From Haliotis cracherodii (lineage: Eukaryota), in NCBI RefSeq assembly GCF_022045235.1, contig NW_027266277.1:14632001-14696000 (forward strand): a stretch of 64,000 bases of DNA, given 5' to 3'. The notes beneath the pieces were generated by a model that made no database searches, was not told the origin of the DNA, and worked only from the letters and a program-made list of their open reading frames with translations. Shown here piece after piece: positions 39,555 to 52,162 of this stretch (position 1 is the first letter of the stretch; each line of letters opens with the position of its first letter). A program made the translations under genes and the position numbers.

Positions 39555-41458
39555 GTAAGTCTGTGCTCTTGGATACCTACTGTGGATGTATACTACTCAA
39601 CTTGTCATAGGAATATTCGTCTAGGCATGACTGACCACAACATTTACATGTATTTATAATTATATGAAATGAATTTCTATCAAAAATTAAATAGAACTTC
39701 AAATAGGTTTCCTGTACGTATGCTACTGTCCCATCTTCATTGGCAGTTTTTTAGATGCATTTATAAATTGTATGTAATGTATATCTTTCAAAACTTGATG
39801 AGTGCATAAAATGTACTGTCAAGGCGTATGCTATTGTTCCTTCTTCATCCACTGACTTGTCTTTGTATTTGTATTCAAAACGGTAAATTGTACGAAATGT
39901 ATTTCTATAAAAAAAATGAATACTATATAAAGTCGGTTGTCTAAGCGTATGATATTGCCCCGGGTTCGCAAAACTGACTTTTATATGCAATTGTAATAAG
40001 TGCATGAAGCTATTTCTATCAAAAGTTGAGTAGTGTATACAATTGATATACACTTGTGACATGGTCTAATTTGTTATGTGAAACGCAAAGAGTTATACTT
40101 TCATTAGTGAAGTAGAACGTATATAAATATATAATTGGAAGGTTTTATTACATGCATCTGCTTTAGAACTACCAACAGAGGATAGGATAGGATACACAAA
40201 CGCTGAGTGGTCTTATCCATGACGCAAATATCAAGCTGGTTTTCATAACATAATCATTTAGACACATTGAATTAATAACAATGAAAATGTTGTTGAAATA
40301 GTTATCGCCGTAACGTACCCCGATTTTAAGAAAGCACATTATTAACTGACAGAGATTTACACATATCCTTTTGGCAAATTACAAGCGTTGGAAGAACCCT
40401 ATTTTACCGAAGATATATTATTTTAATATACCTATGTCTCATTATTAGTAGTCAAGATATGGCTGATATATTGCAGAAGTGACGTTAAATTTAACTCACT
40501 CACTCACTCATTAGTAGTACTTGGCTCTCATCTCCTATAAGTCTAATACACAGAAATTCTCTCCAATGTATGCGAATGTTTTTCGAATGTTACTTGTTAT
40601 TTGTTGGTGTCTTAAGCAGTCGGGGTGATAAAGTTTTAAAAATGATTGCCAGAGTAGTACCTCACCCTGAATGACGTCATTATATTAACAACAATTGGTC
40701 ATACGTCTATGTAAGACGTATAGTCTGGACCAACTCTTGTTTAATAAACTGACTTCACACAGGGTGTTAAAATATTTAATTGTCTCTATTGGTTTGTTTT
40801 TTCTAACAGTAAAACTAAATGATAATCCAGTAATATAGATGTTACTTGAAAGTAACAGTATTCCATGTGTAGCTAGTTCAAATTCATTAAATGTCTTGTA
40901 CTTCACTATCCATGCCCAAATGAGGGTCAGGGGGAATCAGGGGAGGGTCACCAATGATAAAGAATCACCAGAGGAGGATCATAAAAATATTACACAAATA
41001 TGGGGAGAGTCATGAAAAAAAATGGACATTTTGTAAAAAAAAATATAAAGTGCTTTTGATTTGGTCTTTTCTGGTAGGGTCATTTTAACGTTGTGGTCAT
41101 CGGTCAGGACAAGGCGCGCATCCCTCACACGGCCCCAACTCTCTCTCCAGCGTTAATCAAATAATCCCAGTTCAAGGTGTAAATCACGTTAATCCTGGTG
41201 GATTCTCGAAGTGCCGAGACTGTCGACTAAACAATTAGCAGCCCTGTTTGTTAAATATTTCAGTCGAAAGCAAGGATTATCGGGTAATCTCCCCTTGTCG
41301 TCTCGTGCTTATGCCGTGTACCCCGTCTCCCCTTGTTAATCCGACACTTCCGATTTAAAAATATAATCCGCCAATGTATAAGTGTCATAAGCAGTATGTT
41401 TGGAGAGATTGGGCTTGCAGCGACCATGCTGGTCCCCGTATTGACGCTGCTGACGCCG

Positions 41459-41760
41459 TCTTTATTTAGAATTAGTTGTATCAAGTAGTATTTAACTTTT
41501 CGGCATTCCCTTGTTAAAAAATAGATATTATACCAATACGTCCTTCAAAGTGACAGCTTTTCAGATTATTTTTACAATCAGGGATTATCCTGCTAGGAAG
41601 ACGCTGGTCAATTGTTCTTTATTTAGAATTAGTTGTATCAAGTAGTATTTAACTTTCGACATTCCCTTGGTTTTAAAATTAACATAGTATATCAATACGT
41701 CCTTCACAGTGATAGCTTTTTACTTATTTCATGTTCAGAGATTATCCTGTGTGGAAGACA
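41459..41760. repeat. Tandem duplication (~157 bp) in intron 1
   Basis: tctttatttagaattagttgtatcaagtagtatttaactt occurs twice. Confidence 0.85.
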
Positions 41761-43509
41761 AGGATTTAAAGGGGGCACTCTACTTTACTTTCTATCGTCC
41801 ATTGTAAGTCTAGATTCCGATGTAATTAAAGTCGCGTGTGTTACTGAGACATTCTTAGCGTTAAGTTAAGTCAGTAGACAAATAACATGGTATTTGAAAG
41901 ACTTCAATCAAAATAGCTATGACTATCAATTAGTCCTAGTGAATGAGTGAGTCGGGTTTAGCGCAGGTTTTAGCAATATTCTAGCAGTATAAGGGCGGGG
42001 GACACAAGAAATGGGATAGCAGCAGAAACGTTGGTGTAAACGATTGCATTAATCATGCTGGACTGCCGAAATGCCCGAGTCGAGTTCCCCTTTAAGATAT
42101 ACTTCACACATCCAGTGCTGATTGAACGTTTTATTCCAAGTAAACTTCTTGAATTATATTTTGTTTCATCAAAAGATGATGATAGAAGTCTATCAAGTCA
42201 AGTCAAGCGATTCCATTTAAATAGGGCCTACGGTCTAGGGGCTGGTGCCAATTTTCTGCCTAAATCTGGACATTGAAAAGAGTTTTATGTGTGAAGCTGA
42301 GGCATCGAGTCTCTTTAATTAGGCTTCTAATTAGCTGGTAGATTTATGTACCTAATAAATTAGAATTAGCACATACGACAGTGGTGTTTGGGCGACATGC
42401 ATCATTTTCGCTTGGACTGACAATAAGCCAAGCTTAGCTCCCCTTTAAGAAACTACAACACTAGGAGAACAGTTACATGCATTGGTTTAACGACATGGTT
42501 TAGCACCATTTCAGAACCCTCAGACAGTTCTCAGGTTATGGCCATTGAATTTTATTTTGAAATATGCCCATGTCGACAGTTGTCTCGATTCCTCACCAGT
42601 AAACAATGTTGAAAAATGTCAAAACCTGAATTCACTTACTATGACGAGTGCCATCAACGTCAGACTTATATGTTTTCGACAAACATTTCAGCGTTAGCTC
42701 GCTCAATAACTGTCCTTGTTGACAATATCATTTGCTGACCGCTGGTCAAAATATTTCATGGTCGGAGTTAGTTGTTTCTCTTTTATCGACCCGCGGGTGA
42801 TGACAGTCTTTAAAGGAATTCTTCATCGATTGTATCAACAACTCAAAGCTTTTGTCAACTTTTCCCCACTAGGTGGCACGAATGCCTAGGAATCTTCATA
42901 GCAACAACGCTACACCGTGATTCATATTCTTAGATTTGAATCCGTATTTTGAATTTAAAAATAGCGCGTGTGAAATTTAAGAAAATGACGGCAAGCTATT
43001 TAAATGGAATTTGAGTATAAAAACCAGAATTGTTTGAAACGTTTGAATTCAGTATCCATATGTTAAAATCAATTAAATGTTGAAACTAATTTTTTTAAGT
43101 CAACGATTTTAACATCCAAGCGTTCAAATCAATATTTAAGGGCTAGATAGATCGTAAGGGATTTATTTTCCCCAAACAGCTTTGGGCAGAACCCCTGTTA
43201 ATTTACCATCACCCTTTGGCCTGTTTAACAGAATACGGTGTCCAGTTAGTTTTCTCATTTATATATCAGAAATCTAACTTTATCTTTTACAAGTAGATAT
43301 ATCTGGAATTTGCAGTCATATCATTTGGGTTCCACACAATGTGCCTATGTGGGGAATCGAAACCGTTCGCAGTGTGCCGAGATAACGTTTTAACCTTTTG
43401 TCTCAGTAAACTATATGAGTTTTTAAAATTGTATGGTCAACCTAGAATGTATAGGATACGTTAAGTAAATATAAATGCTTTCATTAAGTCAGTTAAATGT
43501 TTGATTAAA

Positions 43510-43690
43510 ACGAAACCTTGTTAATCCGGACGGTACCGTCCTCAAAGAAATTCTCTGGATTAACGGGTTTCCGGATTGGGAACGTTTTTGGTAAACCAAA
43601 TTTATATTTTTATCTATATATTACCGGGGAACTGAATTTGTATATATACGTCCTAAACATGAGTGTACGGATTATCGAGGTTTCCTGTAC
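43510..43690. mobile_element. Diverged mariner-like MITE in intron 1
   Basis: gaaaccttgttaatccgga..cggattatcgaggtttcctgta; a related end lies at 36105-36129. Confidence 0.55.
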
Positions 43691-44217
43691 AGCCCCATGA
43701 ACAAAGGGTGACAAACTTCCTATTAGGTTCTTGAAATATTTGCCGCGCTATATTAACAACCCGGTTAAATACATAAATTACATCTGTTACACTGCCCTTT
43801 CAAATAGGGAGTGTCCACGGCTGGCGGCAGATTCGGTCAATATGCCTCCCAAGTCTTCCGTATTCGCCCTGTTTATACGAACATGACTTTTATAGACACG
43901 AGATTCACTCTGTCATCAAGCCTTCCCCTACAATACGTCTGTCCCTTCAACGTTACGCCAACACAAAGCGTCTGGTCACGTGACCGTTGACATGCCCTCA
44001 TCAAATAATGTCACGTCCTTAGATATTCAAATACATGAAATGTAGGTCACCTTAAGTAAACAATTTCAACACACACACTTTTTGTTCGGGTTTACAAGTG
44101 CGGAAATAATAATAATGTTGTTAATATTCAAGTAAGATAGCTTCGTGAAACTTTACAGCAGTGTGACTCGCATGTCCTTTCTGTTCATATCATCAGACAA
44201 TGTTTAAAAACAAATAT

Positions 44218-44416
44218 GGGGCGGTGGGGTAGCCCAGTGGTTAAAGTGTTCGCTCGTCACGCATACACCCGGATTCGATTCCCCCACACGGGTACATTAT
44301 GTGAAGCCCATTTCTGGTGTCCTCCGCTGTGATATGGCTGGAATATTGCTAAAAGTGGCGTAAGACAATACTCACTCACTCACTCACTCACTCACTCACT
44401 CACTCACTCACTCACT
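44218..44416 (+). mobile_element. Family-B SINE in intron 1 with expanded (ACTC)n tail
   Basis: Matches the B consensus; flanked by taaaaaca on both sides. Confidence 0.88.
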
Positions 44417-45595
44417 AAAAACACTACATAGTGAACAATATACTTACATACGCAGGCCGAAGCTTTAAGATGAGTCAATCAAAGGAAGAAATGTAAAGAC
44501 AGATTCATACACTCGAATACCAATACTGTAGAAAATTCGAAATTTCTGTTTCACTCTTCATTCTTCACTCATATCATTAAGTACCATTTTCTAAAACATT
44601 CATTACCTTTGTCAAATAACTATACTTGCCAAGTTTTCAATGTTCCGCAAGTTCCGCAAGTTTTTAATATTCGTTAAGATTAGCTTTGCCGGACTCACCA
44701 TTCGTCAACACCATCTCATAAACGTATCGTCTATTACCGTTTTGAATACACCTGGCACGCTTTCAACACAAGTAAACTTTAGCCTTGAAACCAGGTGACT
44801 CGAGTTATGCAGAGTAAGCCTCGATGTGAGCCGAGTAAGCCTCGATGTGACTTGTGTAGTATATTGTGGCTGGGTTCCTTGCCATGTGTATCTTGGCAGT
44901 AGCACACAGACGGCAGGTACTAGGATGTGCCAATTCTGAAAAATAGTTGCAGCCTTGTAGTCTTAAGGTGTTTCCGCATCTAATGTGGACAGGTCTGCAA
45001 ACAGTATTCAAAAGAGCATCCGTGTCTAGGGGATCTTCAAGTTGGCCATTTCAAACAAAGTATTGTGATTGAAAATCTAATTAACCTAATGCTCATATAT
45101 TCTTCATGTAGAATAGTTTGTCTTACTCCTTGTTCACTACTCCACATACTCTTCGAGCATCACATATTTGTTGCTGTTTATTTTTGAAAACAGTATACGT
45201 TTTGCTGCACATTCAAAGAGACAATATAATTAATTAAAAAATACAAAACCCTTTCCATATCTATAAGAAATCTCTGCCAAAACAGAGTCGATTGTGCGAA
45301 TCCGACTAAGTCATACTTATATACATAATATTTCAGTGTATAGTACATATTTGATACATAGTAGCTCCCCTTAGCCGTGCCAGGATCGTGGGTTTGCATT
45401 TTAGAATCATTTGCCTTAAAGCTCCGTGGTTTCACCAAAGTGGTAAATTTTAACTTTGGCTTCCCTACACCATTAAGTTGACACTCATTCGCTTACTATG
45501 TCCCCACAACATATAACCGCATTAATCCCGTGATACAAGGAACTACGGCCTAAAAGTGTATGCAACAACTAACCCGCCCTCTCCTTTTATTGCAG

Positions 45596-46357
45596 TGATG
45601 CGGGTCACGGTGTCCTTTCACTGCCCTAAAGTAATGAACCAGGCTTTGATTGCCGACCCTAAAGACTGCCGCAAGTACTACCACTGCCTGACTGATGGAC
45701 GCTTCTTTGTCAAATCCTGCCCCAACGGTCTCGTCTTCGAACCCAAAGCAAAGGTCTGCGTCTGGGACTCCTCTCGATCCTGCATTCCTCAAATCTTCGA
45801 CGCCGAAGGCGATAACGTAGTCGCCCCAATGGCCAAGCAGGACCCACCCGCAACATCTAGAGCTGCTGCAAGCAACTCTCAGAAGAGCACCACGACCGAT
45901 TCCCAGAAGACGTCCAAGAAGACAGTCCAGACCAGCAAGGCAACTGAAACCTCGACGGCCAAGGTCGAGCAGACGACTTCCGGCAGTAAGCAGACGACCA
46001 CTGAAACCGAGACTACACCCGAGGCCAAGACACCCAAGAAGGTTGAAACCGTGAAGGAAGAAACTAATGTCGAAACCTCCTCCGCTGCCACAACCACTGT
46101 CGACTTCTCCACTGAAAAATCTAACGAAAATACCACCGAGACAACCAATACAACTGACATGCGCGCCAGTGAGAATCCTACCGATGGTAACAGCACCGAG
46201 AGCGGCGAGACTGAGAGAGATGAAACCAGCACACCCCTTGTTGTCAAGGAAACCACCGAGTCCTTCAAAACAGTAGACAAGAAGGAAGTTGAAGCTAGAT
46301 CTCAAACCCAGGCTCCTAAGCACAATGTTCTAAAGCGGTCCCCCTTTGAGGACAACA
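45596..46357 (+). CDS. Exon 2: CBM14/peritrophin-A chitin-binding domain 1 plus Thr/Ser/Glu/Lys-rich tract
   Basis: Branch point CTAAC at 45569 and acceptor ttttattgcAG ending 45595. Six-Cys spacing CX14CX5CX10CX12CX7C (45622-45783) with DCRKYYHC and CPNGLVF motifs. Donor A|GTAAGT at 46358. The exon is 762 nt, phase 1-1. Confidence 0.92.
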
Positions 46358-46468
46358 GTAAGTTGTGAATAGAGTATCGCCACCCTAACGCTTTCATTGC
46401 ATAAATGCTTTCTAAACCTTTGCATCAACAGCTTGATAGTTCTCTCATATCATCCAGATTTGGTTATA

Positions 46469-46627
46469 TGGGGTAGCCTAGTGGTTTAAGCGTTCGCTCG
46501 TCACGCCGAAGACCCGGGAACGATTCATCACATGGGTACAATATGTGAAGTCCATTTCTGGCGTCCCCCGCCATGATATTGCTGGAATATTGCTAAAAGC
46601 GGCGTAAAACCATACTCACTCACTCAT
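46469..46627 (+). mobile_element. Family-B SINE in intron 2
   Basis: Matches the B consensus; flanking catcca(g/c)attt. Confidence 0.88.
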
Positions 46628-47265
46628 CCACATTTCTTAAATCAAAGTGAAAGCATAAAGTTGTTTAATAACATCCAAATCATCACACGATTGCGATCAG
46701 TAATTGCACTATTGAATCAAACAAGGGTCAATGAACGTTTCGTACGATTGTATTGACAGTATAACGGTTTTAATGCTAAAATATGATTTATACATAAGTT
46801 TTATTTTTTCAAAACTGCATGTCATTCATCATGACAATGTCATTGCTGCTTGTTAACATCTGGGCAGACGCCAAAGCTATTCATTTAACAGGTTACGCTT
46901 TTATCTCGGGCTGTGTACAGGTAGGTAACCGATTGTAGAATGTACTTGTCCTGCCTCCCTTGAGATCCAGCTATTTCGTACTGTGAAGGGTGGCACATAC
47001 CCTGGACAGCTGATCAATTTAAAGTAAAATGTTGAAGAAGATCTAATAGATAAATATCATAATAGGATCCTTGTAGTATGCAAGAGTCTCTGTAGTCCTC
47101 CGATCTGACTAGATTTGAAATGGATAATTTGTAATATTGATACGATTAATTGCTCTTGAAGTGATATATCAACAGATAATTAGATAATGACTTACAGTTC
47201 CCCACGCCCCGCCCTCTCCTTCTATCATAGAGCAGCAATGAAGCCCTTTTGTTCAATACTTTCAG

Positions 47266-50135
47266 GAATCGACAGTGATTCCGGTAAAGTCCGATGTACC
47301 TCTGCGTTCGCCTACGTCACCGACCCCGAAAACTGCCACACCTTCTACCACTGCAACAACTGGCGCCCATTCCAGAAAAGATGCCCCCCTGGTCTATTCT
47401 TTGATTCTCAGAACCTCGTCTGCAACTGGCCCCATAACGTCAACTGTATCCAAGGTTACCGCGCCAAGACTTACTTCGCTTTCAACAATATGAGACGCCG
47501 TATGCACCCCCAGACCCTTAACTCAATCAATAAGGTCAATAAGGTTGATGAGGACAGCAGAGACAGCAAGTTCAATAAGGTAAATAAGGTCAAAACCACC
47601 GAATCCACCACTGAGAAGATTCCATTCCTTGAGACGATTGAAAATGATGTAAGAAAGGTGAAATACGATGAAGACGTGGACTCCACAACGGCTCATGCTA
47701 CCGAGAAAATCGCCGTGACCGTTCGCCCTTATGACAGATATGGACACAGATTCGCCTCCTCATCCGCCCCTGAAACCTCATCCGTAGCTGACACCACCAC
47801 CTCAGAGCAGACAACAACTACCGAGTCCACCACCACCGAATCCACCACTCCATCCACACCACCTACCTCCACTGACAGCTGGGTGTACGAGACCCGGGCC
47901 TCTGAGACCAGATCTACCTGGAAGGACTGGAACTTTGACCTCTTCTACACCAGCAGTGACAGACAGGGATCTGAACTCGACCGACTTGAACTGTTCTCAA
48001 ATGGAAAGAAGGCCCAGATTGAGAAGAAGGTCGATGAGGTTGACGCCACTGATGCCCCCTCTACCTCCAGCTCCAGCTCAAGCCCAAGCTCCGACTCATC
48101 CTCAACCAGTGGTGCCCCTACGGCTTCCGCTAGAAGCATCTGGGACAACATGAGCGAAGACTCTGATGACACCACAGTGAAGACAGATTCATCTGCTGAA
48201 AGTGATGCTACCACCACAAGCCAAGCTCCATCTTCTGAACCCGAAACTAGCTCAATCCTACTCGACACCAACGCAACCATCACAACCACCAACTTAACCT
48301 CTTCATCTAATGACTCTGTAACCCTGGATGACATCGAGAAAACCAATTCCACAAGCAATGACACCAACACCACTGAGAAAGATGTAAATAGCACGACTAC
48401 CGTTACCGAAGACACATCAAGAGCATCTTCTTTCGATTTCGGCTCTGATGCGGAACGCGAACGCAGTCACCCCAGGAAGATCCAGCAGGACGCTCCCCCT
48501 GCCAGCAACCCATTCCTTGCATCCGACAGATTTGCCGCAAACCAGCAGTCCGTGTACGCTAGGGATTACCACAACACCGACAACGTTGAAGATGTGGAAA
48601 TTGAGAAGTTCATGATGAAAATGTTGAATGATGCTATGCAGAGTAAACATTTGGTAGCCAGACAAGCCAGTGAGGAATACCCCGACAACTTGGTCGACGC
48701 CTCATATGACAAGGGCAAGATGACAAAGGATAATGAGATGGGCGGTAGTGACGTGTTTGATAAGTGGGCTATCGCTGACAAAGAAGGTAAAAAATCCAAA
48801 GGAACTCTGTTTGAAGAGACTGAATCTGAAACAGAAGAAATTGAGTCATCTGGCGAGGTGGAAGTTTCTGCCCATGATACTGAAAACACCATCACCAACC
48901 TGATCATGAAAGATGAGGCGAAGCCAGCTGAACCTGAAACTAAAACTACACCAAAACCCGAGAACATAACAGAAGTCACCGATGTCTCAAAGAACGACAC
49001 TGAAGCTGAAATCGTCACCGAAACTGTTGATTCCAACACGACTGACACGAAAGACATCAACGCAACCATCACTGACGCTAAATCTGTTGCACCTTCATCA
49101 ACCACCACAGCATCTACAACTACTACAACAACTACCCAAGCTACGGTTAATGAGACAACAACTGTGACAGAATCTGAAGCTGCCACCACAACTGAGTCTG
49201 CCGATGTCGTCACCAAAGAAGAAACAGCAACTGTGAAAGCCGTTCCACTTCTGAAAGACGTCTCTGATCTGTGTACTGAGAAGAACAATTGCTCTGCGAC
49301 AGCAGAGAACAAGACCGAAGAGACCACGACCACTACAGAATCAATTACGACTGAGAAGATAGAAGCTACCAAAACAGAAATTAATAACACAGAAAATGAA
49401 ACCATAACCTCACAAGCACCAAATGTTACAGAATCTGTCAACGTCACTGAAAAAGCGGAAACCGAAACCACCACAACCACAACGACTACGACTACGACTA
49501 CCCCTGCACTGAACGTCACTGAGGCCGTAACTACAACTACTACTGCTGAACCTATTGCTAAAGACGCTGCCGGAAACTCCGCCAAAAACGCCCTTGTTCC
49601 ATCTGATAATGCCATATCTAAGGACGATACAGCAGTAGAAGTTGATGAGAAACATCTACCCCTTTCAGAGAACGCTACAAAACCCGAAGCAGTAACTGTA
49701 GTGACAACAGTCAATGTTACTCAAGCTGAAACCGAAAATGCCACAGAAATTGAAATCGCCACAAATACAACAGAATCTGAAATCCAAGTTGATGCATCAA
49801 ACACAACTGTCACTGAAATCGTAAAAACCACGAGTAACGACACAGAAGTCGAACAGACGACATCCGCAGACGACACTTCTGATGACGTCACAGAATCAAC
49901 CAGCAGCACGAGCACCACAGGCAGCACGAGCTCTCAGTCCAGCAAGATGACGTCAACATTGACGGCAGTATTGGACACATCTTCCACCGACGGAAGACTC
50001 GCTATAGGAGGATCTAAAGGCACCACAAAGAAATCTTTCATTTCTCTTAGTGACCTCATTAAATGGTACCTCCGTCACTGGAGGCACTACTCCAGATGGA
50101 GGGACGGCAAGGAGGTCCGCCCTGCCCCACAGTAA
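47266..50135 (+). CDS. Exon 3: CBM14 domain 2, ~900 aa acidic mucin-like region and basic/aromatic C-terminus
   Basis: Acceptor tttcAG ending 47265 is phase 1 (A+GA = Arg). CX12CX5CX9CX12CX7C at 47295-47447 (DPENCHTFYHC, CPPGLFFD, VCNWP). The frame is open to TAA at 50133-50135. Spliced CDS 67+762+2870 = 3699 nt, 1232 aa. Confidence 0.93.
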
Positions 50136-51080
50136 ATTGTGTGCCGTGTGTGCATCCAAAGACAATACGTTGACTGACAGAAGGTGTGGTCCCGTCACAA
50201 TCAATTGTGATAGTTAAGATGTGAGAGACGGGCGTCCCATGGTGTGAAAACAAACTTTATAGACTTTCTGGGACAGGCCGTCGAAATAACGCCAGAATAC
50301 AAACCGTCTCTGACACAGCTCCACGATAAAGACAAAAGGATTAAATATAACTGATGTCTTATTGTCATTGTCTGCAGCAGTAGATTTTTATATCCTTTAC
50401 TATAACCGTAGAACAGCTAAGCAAATCTGGCCCATGATGGCTGCTCTGCCTGCAATTATAGACTCTTTGCTAGTATAGGTCATCATTCGATCTGAAAGAA
50501 CGGTTCTCGAAATGTACCATGGTGTTTCGTAAATATTACTGTAAATACGTGATGTTCGTCAACATGTTTTCATGTAGAAAAGGGAACGACTGTCTCACTT
50601 TTCATGAAATGCTTTAGTATTTTTCTACACTGATCGTATTTAATCGTATTCTAGATTTTGTTACTGTCTCTATATGTGTGAGGCGATATGAGAGTTACTG
50701 GCGACTGATTTGAAAGGCGACTATGAGTGAGTGTGAGTGATGAGAACAAATATTTTTTACAAAATGGTCCATTTTCAGAACAAAATTCTCTTCCTAGATT
50801 GTTTTGTACCATACGTTCTGCTTGCACTTAATATAACTTAAACCATACGATGTAATGGTTTTTTAAATTTATTTCACATTTTCAATTTTCTACATTTTGT
50901 TGAGAAAATGGACCTAGTTGATGTTGTCTTTAGCTTTGTGGCGTATCATGTGATTTAAAGCCTTTTAAAGGTAACTATGATTTGTACGCGAGAGATTTTG
51001 TACTATATTGCTTCGATCTCTCATTGTTTAAATATACAAATGTATGTCAAATATCATAATTTTGTATCTTTTTTGTACAG

Positions 51081-51086
51081 AATAAA
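51081..51086 (+). terminator. Polyadenylation signal of the chitin-binding gene (3' UTR about 0.95 kb)
   Basis: AATAAA preceded by TGTA motifs (tttgtatc, ttgtacag) and followed by a T/GT-rich stretch. Repeats resume from about 51130. Confidence 0.65.
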
Positions 51087-51165
51087 AGGTATATGAAAAA
51101 TACATAACTCTATGTCTTATTTCAACTCATGACCTCAGGGTCAAGTCGACCACGTGGTTGATCGT

Positions 51166-51370
51166 GGGGTTGTCTCAAAATACTTATTCGTTGTATCATC
51201 AGTTAATGACAGTGTTGTTCATTTGGACTCACACACTTTTCTAGATTATTGCAAACAATGGAATTTTTAAGTTATTCAATTACAATTACGCAATGTACTG
51301 ACTATTTTGCTATCGAAAGACAAAAACACAAGTGACTTAAATCAACAAGAATTGTTTTGAGACAATCCCT
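51166..51370. mobile_element. MITE with imperfect TIRs
   Basis: ggggttgtctcaaaa at the left end and ttttgagacaatccc at the right end. Confidence 0.55.
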
Positions 51371-51634
51371 GGGCAAGGTCGCTGTACAAGCAAGTGTGAA
51401 TCAAATCGTCCAAACACCACTTGATCTACAAACTCAAGTTGTATTTTGTTTATCAATCAAACAGTTAATGAATGCCAGATTGCACTCACAATTTACACTA
51501 ATTACAACGTCAAGATCTTAACTGGAACAGGCCACCGAGCGCAGTCCTCCTTTAAAGCCATCAAAGGTGTGACACGGTCAATCTAGCTGCACAATACCTC
51601 ATGCTCAAGGTGTGGTACCTTCAACTATTAAGTG

Positions 51635-52162
51635 GGGCAAGGGTGGCACAGTCGTCTAAGGCGCCGCAATTCGCAATGCAAAGTTACACCTCTTAGGCAT
51701 GTCAGAAGCCTATGATCAAGGGTTCGAATTCCGTTTCGTCCTTATTATGAGTATTAGGTTTGTCAGCACCATACCCGTTTTCGTGGGTCTAAGACCTGCA
51801 TCACTTCGGACTTTCCTTACACACCAAGCTGACATGCAGTGATATTAGTAAATGTTGTTAAGATCGGCGTTAAAATAACTCACTCACTTATTCAACTAGT
51901 AGTGAGTGAGTGAGTTGGGTTTAACATTATTCCAGTTATATCGCAGCGTGTCAGCTCATTGTGGGAGGAAAGCCCGAAGTGATGCAGGTCTTAGACGTTT
52001 AGCACTTCTGTGAAACCCACGAGCACGGGTATGGTGCTGACAAACTTAGAAACATAATCGGGGCGAACCGGGATTCGAACCCATTATCATAGGTTTCTGG
52101 TGTGCCCAAGGGACGCACTTCTGCACAGCGAATCGAGGCGCCTTAGGCCACCCGTGCCCCCC
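51635..52162. mobile_element. Tail-to-tail pair of family-C SINEs (+ 51635-51890, - 51902-52162)
   Basis: Both match family C; the younger copy is flanked by TATTCAAC. Confidence 0.85.

Noticed and set aside
46357-46368. ORF ending in -SKL (peroxisomal PTS1-like)
   Set aside because: These codons are the splice donor read through, and the protein carries a signal peptide.
45550-49927. Long antisense ORFs opposite exons 2 and 3 (e.g. 257 aa, 382 aa)
   Set aside because: Shadows of Thr/Ser-rich sense codons (ACN gives Val/Gly/Ser runs on minus); no domain or splice support.
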